13,132 nucleotides of DNA, taken from the NCBI GenBank assembly GCA_049424145.1, contig JBMSSC010000078.1, forward strand, positions 1 to 13,132, written 5' to 3'. Position numbers and translations under genes: made by a program. Below are positions 1 through 6,473 of this stretch, piece by piece (the first letter of the stretch is position 1; each line of letters begins with the position of its first letter). The notes under the pieces were generated by a model. It was not told the origin of the DNA. It was given only the letters and a program-made list of their open reading frames with translations, and did no database searches. Source of the DNA: Bdellovibrionia bacterium. GTDB lineage: Bacteria; Bdellovibrionota; UBA1018.

Positions 1-353
1 TCCTCCGCCTGGGCCCAATCCGACTCACGCTTAACGAGCTCCTCTAAACTTTTAAACTCATTTTCAAGCCCTTGCTCCATCCACTGAGTCGGAGCGGTGG
101 CATGCCACTTGGGATCTTTCCAATGAGATCGGGCCAAGCCTCGCTCGAGCTCACGCAAATACCCCTCGGAGTCGGATTGAATCTGAGCCAAAATCCGGCC
201 CAAAGGAACCACCACCCGCCCGATGGACTCTAAGAGTCGATTCGCTTCAGTGATGCGAAGGAGGCTGATGCTTGAGCTCACCAGTGCTAAAACAACCATG
301 GCACTCACAAAAGCAAGCACTTGACGGCGCAATGAGCTTTGAGACGAGAGCAT
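1..353 (-). CDS. N-terminal part of a membrane-anchored sensor protein (probable sensor histidine kinase or chemoreceptor-like); runs off the window edge
   Basis: Not in the ORF track; translated by hand from ATG at 353: MLSSQSSLRRQVLAFVSAMVVLALVSSSISLLRITEANRLLESIGRVVVPLGRILAQIQSDSEGYLRELERGL..., open to the window start. A basic N-terminus and one TM helix are followed by an amphipathic helical region resembling four-helix periplasmic sensor domains. AAGGAA lies upstream. No catalytic domain is visible, so the product is inferred. Confidence 0.6.
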   Translation of the reverse strand, partial: MLSSQSSLRRQVLAFVSAMVVLALVSSSISLLRITEANRLLESIGRVVVPLGRILAQIQSDSEGYLRELERGLARSHWKDPKWHATAPTQWMEQGLENEFKSLEELVKRESDWAQAE

Positions 354-484
354 GAGGGTGAAACCGTTCCTTAGGGGTAGAAATCTGGTTTTAAAAGCCC
401 GCTGGGGATGACCTCAACTCCCAGGATCATCCTCACTCTTCCCATGATACTGATCTTTGAAAAAAAATAACAGATCGATCTCTT

Positions 485-1390
485 TTAAGTGCCCTGGATT
501 TGAGAGAGGATCTTTTGAATCACTGGCGCACTGAGAGGGTAATCTTTGGCACAAAAATCACAGTGAACCACCGAATGAGGGTGAGCCTCTGGAGCCTGAC
601 ATTCTTTCAGCATGCCCTCAAGCTCGGATTGACCCAACAGACGCAAAGCTCGCTCCACGCGCTCCCAGGAGCACTCACAGTGAAAGACGAGGGGTTTTTC
701 CTCAAGCACAGAAAACGCCTGGCTCTGAAAAATATGAGTGAGTAAATAAAGGGGGTCCTTCTGCTCACGAACCAACTGTTGAAGGGAGGCAATCTCGGCA
801 ATGTGTTTTTCAATCAGCCGGACGGAACTCTCCTGAGCACCGGGGAGGGCTTGAACTAAGAACCCACCGGCCGACTGAATTTCGCCATGACTGAAGCTCA
901 CCGCAAGGCCTACGGCCGAGGGGATTTGCTCGCTTTGAACCCAGTAGTAGGTCAGATCTTTAGCCAAATGACCCGTCAGCAGAGGCACCGTTCCAATATA
1001 CGGCTTGGCTCCTGGCTGATCCTGGGTTCTTAAAACGGATAACAGCCCACTGCCCCAGGGGCCCTGATCCTTTTCCTCCTGAGCCGTCTCACGCTCAATG
1101 ACATAGCCACGGACGTGACCCTCGGGATGAGCATCCACTAACCCTTGCTGAAACAGGCCCTTGCCTTGAATATTGAGGTTAATTTTTTGGCCTTTTTTAC
1201 AAAACGAGGCCATCATGAGGGCCCCGAGCACAGCCTCTCCTAGGCCGATAGCACCTTTCTCCGATAACTGGTGACGACGGGCCATTTGCCGCACCAAATC
1301 CGTGGCTTCAATTGCAACCCCACGAATATTATCTTCCAAAGAAATGCCTTTAACCCAAGTATTTTTATCAGTCTTTAATTGTTCCGCCAT
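485..1390 (-). CDS. hslO: Hsp33 redox-regulated molecular chaperone
   Basis: 301 aa with Hsp33 hallmarks: N-terminal 'RRHQLS...A.GLGEA', 'GHVRGYV', 'YYWVQSEQIPSAVGLAV', 'AGGFLVQALPGA', and the C-terminal zinc centre CxC (FHCECS) ... CxxC (HCDFC). Confidence 0.96.
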   Translation of the reverse strand: MAEQLKTDKNTWVKGISLEDNIRGVAIEATDLVRQMARRHQLSEKGAIGLGEAVLGALMMASFCKKGQKINLNIQGKGLFQQGLVDAHPEGHVRGYVIERETAQEEKDQGPWGSGLLSVLRTQDQPGAKPYIGTVPLLTGHLAKDLTYYWVQSEQIPSAVGLAVSFSHGEIQSAGGFLVQALPGAQESSVRLIEKHIAEIASLQQLVREQKDPLYLLTHIFQSQAFSVLEEKPLVFHCECSWERVERALRLLGQSELEGMLKECQAPEAHPHSVVHCDFCAKDYPLSAPVIQKILSQIQGT

Positions 1391-1409
1391 AAGCTCGGCG
1401 AGTTAATCC

Positions 1410-1437
1410 TAACCTTCTGAATTCTGCAAGCCGATAA
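1410..1437 (+). promoter_or_regulatory. Candidate sigma28 (FliA)-type promoter for the 1448 gene
   Basis: Perfect -10 consensus GCCGATAA at 1430-1437 with TAAC at 1410-1413 (16-nt spacer; consensus TAAA-N15-GCCGATAA), within the 57-bp divergent intergenic region. Confidence 0.5.
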
Positions 1438-1447
1438 GACAAATGCG

Positions 1448-2836
1448 ATGAATCGTAAAACCCCAATCCCGCGCATCCTCTTCGTTCTTCATCCGACTGA
1501 GGCTCAGGATCAGCCCCCGCTGAAGCTTGAGTCGCTGCTCCTCTTACTGCAAGACTTCGCTCACGTTGAAACCCGGGTTCTAGCCGACTCACCCCAGAGT
1601 GACCCGCTGCTTTTAGAGTTGCTTCAGAACACTCCGTTTGATCTCCTGCTGGCTCCCCTGAGCTCGACCCATCGATGGCTCAAGCTCCAGTCGACCTCAA
1701 CAGCCATTCATCGCGCTTGCCAAAAGTGGGCAAGCTACTTCACGCAACTGCCCCAGGACAGAGCTGCCTATGGGACTCTAGCCGGCCCCCCTCAGGACTC
1801 AACTGTGATTTTGGATTTTGCCCGCACGACGGCATTGGAGCAGTTGCCTTGGATTCAACTGCTCGTGACTTCAGGACTCCCTGAGCACGGACTCAGGCTT
1901 TTTGTTTCTGAGGCTCCCGTTTTTCAGGCAACCTTCAGTTCCTCTGCGTCCTCCGATGCTGCCTCTTTGCTGAGCGGTTCGTTAGGCACTCAAATCGATC
2001 ACCTTTTTATGAAGTCTGAAGTGGCCCAAAGCCCCATCTGGAGTCCTCGACTGATCCCCCTCCAAATCACGCTGACGGCTTTGTGGGGTCTCATTCACCA
2101 GCACCAGCAGAAAAGCGCTAGTCATTCCCTAAACTTGGAGAAAACCTCTGCACTCGGTTGCTCTGCTCATCTCCAAGTCAGTCTCAACGCCAATCATTTT
2201 TTATTTTGCCTCACCCTCACTCTTTCATCAAAGGACACCTACTCCGAGCTGATCAAGCAACTCACTGTTGCTCAAGCGGCTCAGCAATCCTCCTGGGATC
2301 CCGCCTCGATCTTGATGAGAGTCAGTGATTGGATTCGTATTCTCCGATTTGAACCAAAAAATCAGATTCAACTTTGGGTGGGATTTCTCCCGTCAGCCCC
2401 CGCCGAAAAGCAAGGCCCCCCTCTCGGGACGTTTTGGATCGAGTCAATAACACCATTGAGGACACCATTGACGACACCTTCGAACGAGGAAGAGAGCAAG
2501 GCCTCTCAGCCATTCCAAGTTCATGACTTTCACCAATTTAAGACGCGAAGCCTAAAAAAGCGGATCAAAAAAAACCTCTCCTCGGAAGACAAAAAAGAGC
2601 TCTCCAGTTTACTGGATACCCTTCAAAAACGCTACTTTGATGCTAAAAGTCAGCTTCGCACCTTTGAAATCGAACTCTTCCAACTCAAAGATGAAGACCC
2701 CTTAGGCCAAAAAACGCAGGCGCGCATCAAGGAGCTTCGATTAAAAATCGAAGCCTTGAAAAGCCGCGAGTCGGCCTGGATGAGAAAGCTTGCTACTGCC
2801 CTGCACAAACTCAAGCGAATGAAGAAGTCACCTTAA
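1448..2836 (+). CDS. Hypothetical protein with a degenerate receiver-like N-terminus and a C-terminal coiled coil
   Basis: 462-aa ORF filling the space between hslO and the TonB-like gene. 'RILFVLH...LLELLQNTPFDLLLAP' echoes the REC beta1 and alpha2-beta3 pattern but has no phospho-acceptor Asp. The last ~90 aa are K/E/L/R-rich and heptad-like. Confidence 0.75.
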   Translation: MNRKTPIPRILFVLHPTEAQDQPPLKLESLLLLLQDFAHVETRVLADSPQSDPLLLELLQNTPFDLLLAPLSSTHRWLKLQSTSTAIHRACQKWASYFTQLPQDRAAYGTLAGPPQDSTVILDFARTTALEQLPWIQLLVTSGLPEHGLRLFVSEAPVFQATFSSSASSDAASLLSGSLGTQIDHLFMKSEVAQSPIWSPRLIPLQITLTALWGLIHQHQQKSASHSLNLEKTSALGCSAHLQVSLNANHFLFCLTLTLSSKDTYSELIKQLTVAQAAQQSSWDPASILMRVSDWIRILRFEPKNQIQLWVGFLPSAPAEKQGPPLGTFWIESITPLRTPLTTPSNEEESKASQPFQVHDFHQFKTRSLKKRIKKNLSSEDKKELSSLLDTLQKRYFDAKSQLRTFEIELFQLKDEDPLGQKTQARIKELRLKIEALKSRESAWMRKLATALHKLKRMKKSP

Positions 2837-2878
2837 CTTTTTGCCAGTTTCACACTCGAATACGATAAACTCAAGACG

Positions 2879-3814
2879 ATGAGCCGATCCCTGAAACCGC
2901 TACCCGTTGATTTTCAGTCCTCCCACCGGAGACTTCGGCAGGCCGTGGCACTTCTGTGTTCACTTCTGATTCATGCCCTCTTTTTTTGCATTCCTTTTTT
3001 TCTCTCCCGTTCCCTCCCTCCTCCCCCTCTGGCACTGGAGCGTCTGGATCCAAAAAAACTCAGCGCCCTGAAAGAAAACATGCGCTCAAAGAAGCTCTTA
3101 CTGAGCAAAAAAACCAAAACAGACCCCCAGGCCAAATCATCCGAAGATGCCCAGGCGATTTCAGACCAAACCCTACGCGTGCAGCGCGAGCAGGTGGCTC
3201 AAGCCCGCCCAGAGACAGAAGCTTCCTCCGCTCCCCACTCCGTTCGACCGAAGAGGAATCACGATCTCAGGCACTTAGGTGTCCCGCTTCACTTGGACAA
3301 AACGACCCCTTCCCCTCAGCGACAGCTAGCCGGAGAAGCTCAAGACCCAAACCAGGATCCAAATCAAACCGGTGAGCAAACGGCTCACCCAGAACAAGAG
3401 CAGTACCTTTTTGATCGAAACCTTCCCGTAGGCAGCGAGACCCTACTGAATGCTCAAGAATCAATCTTCTACTCTTTCTATGCACGAATCTATCAATCCA
3501 TTGGACCGATTTGGAGAAGCAGGCTCCGAGCATTCCCCTCACCCAGAGCCTTACCCCAAGGAGAGTATGTCACAAGCGTCGACGTTGTCTTGGATCCTAA
3601 TGGAAACCTTTTAGAAGTCCGAAAAATTCAAGGATCAGGCGTTGAGGAACTCGATCGGGTGGTTTTTGAAGCCTGGAATTTGGTTGGGCCGTTTCCTCAT
3701 CCTCCTCGAGCACTCATAGGAGCCGACCAACGCATTCACACCGGATGGAGTTTTCGGGTCCAAATTCAACCCGGCTTTGGACTTCAGCTCTCGCCTCCCC
3801 GACGCAACTACTAA
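2879..3814 (+). CDS. TonB/TolA-family energy-transducer-like protein (TonB C-terminal domain)
   Basis: N-terminal TM helix with the SxxxH motif (CSLLIHALFF), a Pro/Lys/Gln-rich low-complexity linker, and a C-terminal domain 'TLLNAQESIFYSFYARI...VVLDPNGNLLEVRKIQGSGVEELDRVVFEAWNLVGPFPHPP' matching the TonB_C/TonB_2 pattern. Confidence 0.85.
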   Translation: MSRSLKPLPVDFQSSHRRLRQAVALLCSLLIHALFFCIPFFLSRSLPPPPLALERLDPKKLSALKENMRSKKLLLSKKTKTDPQAKSSEDAQAISDQTLRVQREQVAQARPETEASSAPHSVRPKRNHDLRHLGVPLHLDKTTPSPQRQLAGEAQDPNQDPNQTGEQTAHPEQEQYLFDRNLPVGSETLLNAQESIFYSFYARIYQSIGPIWRSRLRAFPSPRALPQGEYVTSVDVVLDPNGNLLEVRKIQGSGVEELDRVVFEAWNLVGPFPHPPRALIGADQRIHTGWSFRVQIQPGFGLQLSPPRRNY

Positions 3815-3956
3815 GACAAGCCCTTCTACGGCAATTAAGTGAATCAACCCGGCTCAGTCGGAAGAGGATGGGGCTACTGGTTTAAACCGAGCGCTTCTGA
3901 AAAAAGATGCCTCATCGATGAAAAAGCCCAACTCAAATGGAACATCGCCTGTTTTT

Positions 3957-4802
3957 TTACCTAAAAAATTGAAAGGCTAACAGAATAAAAACGATCAATA
4001 AGACGATCTGAACATCGAAAGAGCGAAGCACCGTGAGCCAACTTGACAGGAACTTCCCCTCGTAAGAAGGAGGAACCGAGGGGTTCTGAGCGAGCGTCAG
4101 CTTGAGGTTTTTGACCACCTCGGAATGAAGACCCACGGTTGATCCAAGGAATGCCTCTTCTGAATCCAAATCCAGCTGATTTTTCCACGAGAACTTCCCC
4201 AGTGCTTTTCTTAACTCTTGATCGACGCGCTGGTAGAGGACACGAGCTGAGGCCACACATTGCGCACAAGCGCGACAACCTAGAATATGACGAGTCAGAA
4301 AGAAGGACTCTTTTCGCTGCGAGAACTCTTGATCTAAAAACCTTTGACTCCAAGGTCGTCTCGGATCGTATTCAGGACAAGCACTTCCCACAGGCGAGGG
4401 GGCAGCAGGGTAAATCGATTGATCGACCCAGGACAAGCGCGCTTGCCAGAGAAGACTCTCTAGCTGATCTGAGGAGATGTCCAGAATCTGTGACGTTCTT
4501 CGATACGACCATTTTCCCAGATGAACGGCAACCAGAGCTAACCTCTCGCTTCCGGAAAGACGAAAGAAGGGATTAAAAAATAAATCGGGCTTTTTTAACG
4601 CCGGCTGAAAAACTCCCTGGGACTTGGACTTGCGAAGTAAAATTTGGGAAGCTCGAATGATGGCTTCATCTGAGGAAATCTTCAGCAAAGAAACTGCTGA
4701 AAGAGTCTCCACGAGCTGCTCCTCAACTTCTTTTGAATCCAACCACAGAGCAGCCCCAATTTTTGTTAGGTCAGAGAGATCCTCGTCCTGAAAAACACTC
4801 AT
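3957..4802 (-). CDS. ECF-sigma-like protein (degenerate sigma2, clear sigma4) fused to a zf-HC2/ZAS zinc-binding anti-sigma motif and a C-terminal TM helix
   Basis: aa ~80-125 'RLSGSERLALVAVHLGKWSYRRTSQILDISSDQLESLLWQARL' fit the sigma70 region 4 HTH. aa 12-37 'LTKIGAALWLDSKEVEEQLVETLSAV' resemble region 2.1-2.2 (DAEDLVQETF). C142...'RFLDQEF'...H172xxxC176xxC179 is a ZAS motif. aa 264-280 are hydrophobic. Confidence 0.75.
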   Translation of the reverse strand: MSVFQDEDLSDLTKIGAALWLDSKEVEEQLVETLSAVSLLKISSDEAIIRASQILLRKSKSQGVFQPALKKPDLFFNPFFRLSGSERLALVAVHLGKWSYRRTSQILDISSDQLESLLWQARLSWVDQSIYPAAPSPVGSACPEYDPRRPWSQRFLDQEFSQRKESFFLTRHILGCRACAQCVASARVLYQRVDQELRKALGKFSWKNQLDLDSEEAFLGSTVGLHSEVVKNLKLTLAQNPSVPPSYEGKFLSSWLTVLRSFDVQIVLLIVFILLAFQFFR

Positions 4803-4984
4803 AGTTGAACTCTATTACATCACTAAACTGAACCGGTGTCTAACTCTATGATTCTAAACTGACTAATAACTCAACACCCGAAAACTGAACTCGCATGCCA
4901 ATCCATCCAATCTATAGTGCAAAGAGGAGTTCAATCCTCCATGAAATCGATCACTTCTCTACTCCTTCCTCGACAATTGAAGCC

Positions 4985-5000
4985 TGGTCTGCATTTTGCT
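4985..5000 (+). promoter_or_regulatory. Candidate sigma54 (RpoN) -24/-12 promoter of the first lipoprotein gene
   Basis: TGGTCTGCATTTTGCT has GG-N10-GC with a canonical TTGCT -12 element, about 95 bp upstream of the start codon. Confidence 0.6.
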
Positions 5001-5098
5001 CTGCTTGTGCTCGACTCAACTCCAAGAGTGATCAACCAAGGGAATCCAGCGAAACGAAAACTCAAAAGAGTTGAGGAAAAAAAATTGAGGCAATGGTT

Positions 5099-5785
5099 AT
5101 GAATTTAATAAAAACACTAGAGAAGCATTCAGGGCTTACCACTGCGGTTCTGCAGAGGCGAATTTTTGCCCTTTTCATCGGCCTTCTTGTGCAATCCTGT
5201 GGACCAACGCCAACTATGCAAACCCGAGCTCCTTCTGTCCCGATGACCTACTATCCCCCCAGCGTCTTACCTTCGACCCCCTCACCCAGCGCGCCGATCG
5301 ATTATTCTGCTTCATTTAACTATTCCTTTAGGCTCCAAAACACGACAAAGGCCGCCACGAGCTGCACTAACCCCACTCCAACTGGGGTTCAGGTGGGGTC
5401 CTATCAAACCCCTGAAATTAAGACGGATAATCGCTTCATGGTCCAAATCAGAGCAGGAGCACCGAGCAATGTCCCGTGTACGGGGTTTTTGGCAGCTTAC
5501 AGCTGCCTGCAGATGAAAGTCACTGTTGGCTCAGATTCTAGAACCGTTCTACTGCCCTATGGATCCCCGCCTGCCGGATCACCCTGTGCCAACGCTCCCA
5601 CTCAAGCCAACTTGGACTTCAGCAGCCAAGCAACCCCAGGCCACGACACACTGTCTGTCCGCATCTCAGAAGTCCAATCTGACAACTGCAGACAGTTTGG
5701 GTACCCCCAGCAATCCGGATGCTTTCTTTCTCCTCTGTTCACCAACTTCATTGCCGCAGGATCAATCACCATCCTCACCAACTAA
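5099..5785 (+). CDS. Cys-rich lipoprotein of unknown function (paralog A)
   Basis: Signal peptide with lipobox-like LVQS-C, a Pro/Ser/Thr linker, then a beta-rich domain with 6 Cys. Clear similarity to the 6474 protein. The ORF track starts at 5093, but GAGG (5087-5090) is better spaced to the ATG at 5099. Confidence 0.85.
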   Translation: MNLIKTLEKHSGLTTAVLQRRIFALFIGLLVQSCGPTPTMQTRAPSVPMTYYPPSVLPSTPSPSAPIDYSASFNYSFRLQNTTKAATSCTNPTPTGVQVGSYQTPEIKTDNRFMVQIRAGAPSNVPCTGFLAAYSCLQMKVTVGSDSRTVLLPYGSPPAGSPCANAPTQANLDFSSQATPGHDTLSVRISEVQSDNCRQFGYPQQSGCFLSPLFTNFIAAGSITILTN

Positions 5786-5928
5786 AAAGATGAGTGATGC
5801 AGAAACTCATCAAAAACAGCCAAAAAAAGGAGAAAAAGAATGAAAATAAAATGAATTGAGGCCATACAAAAAAACGCTTAATTTAAACCCAATCAATCTA
5901 AAGCCCCAATCCAAACAAAATAAATTGT

Positions 5929-5972
5929 AAAAAAAATAAAAAAAATTAAAAAAAAAAAAAAAAAAAAAAAAA
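5929..5972. repeat. Homopolymer tract A8-T-A8-TT-A25
   Basis: Direct count: uninterrupted A run at 5948-5972 (25 nt), preceded by two A8 runs. Confidence 0.95.
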
Positions 5973-5998
5973 GGTGACGCCTATCGAAAACAGCCACC
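5948..5998 (-). terminator. Intrinsic terminator-like hairpin plus long U tract on the minus strand
   Basis: The minus strand reads GGTGGC-TGTTTTCGATAGGC-GTCACC followed by T25. The stem uses G-U pairs that form only in the minus-strand RNA (A-C mismatch in the plus strand). Confidence 0.55.
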
Positions 5999-6390
5999 AA
6001 CGGCTCTCAAGAGAGAAAAGAACAATCGCTCAAGAAAGATATAAAACCAGAAAGACAGCTTCATCTTTTGTGATCCGGGATGGCCTCAAATCGAGTCAAA
6101 TTTTCTACTGAAGAAAAAGACTAAAAAAGGAGAATCTAAAGGAACAAAATAGCAGAGGCATTTTTTTAAACCATCAATTGTGAATGGGTCTAGATGAGTC
6201 AACTCAACTAAGCCTCAATTCTCTGGAAAAAACACCGTCAAAATTGACTTCTTTTTAGACAGGTGATGAAACCCTAGATCTATTTTTTGACTCAATTATT
6301 TTCGTTAAGCTAACCTCAGTGTTCAGCTAAACCCTTTAAACTCAGTGGATTTTTTCGTTCGAGCGCCGATTTTTTCACAAAATCTCGTAA

Positions 6391-6406
6391 TGGCCTCATC
6401 CTTGCT
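6391..6406 (+). promoter_or_regulatory. Candidate sigma54 (RpoN) -24/-12 promoter of the second lipoprotein gene
   Basis: TGGCCTCATCCTTGCT is TGGC-N8-TGCT with exact GG-N10-GC spacing, 67 bp upstream of the ATG at 6474. Confidence 0.7.
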
Positions 6407-6473
6407 CTCTTCTTAGGTCATCTCCACCCAAGGCATCTAGCAACCAAACCTAAGGCTCGAAAGGACTGAGTGT

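Noticed and set aside
402..432. Alternative hairpins (GGATGATC/GGTCATCC versus CTGGG/CCCAG) between hslO and the sensor gene
   Set aside because: Short stems with no adjacent U tract and no recognisable aptamer; indistinguishable from chance.
4885..4900. Minus-strand TGGCATGCGAGTTCAG as a sigma54 promoter for the sigma-ZAS gene
   Set aside because: The -24 half is good but the -12 GC is replaced by CA; too weak to call.
5948..5972. PolyA as a retrotransposed or eukaryotic insertion tail
   Set aside because: No target-site duplication or reverse transcriptase is evident, and the context is typical bacterial intergenic DNA.
5786..6473. Known riboswitch (e.g. c-di-GMP-I) or tRNA in the long spacer
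   Set aside because: I could not find the characteristic motifs on either strand by eye; a covariance-model scan would be needed to exclude it fully.
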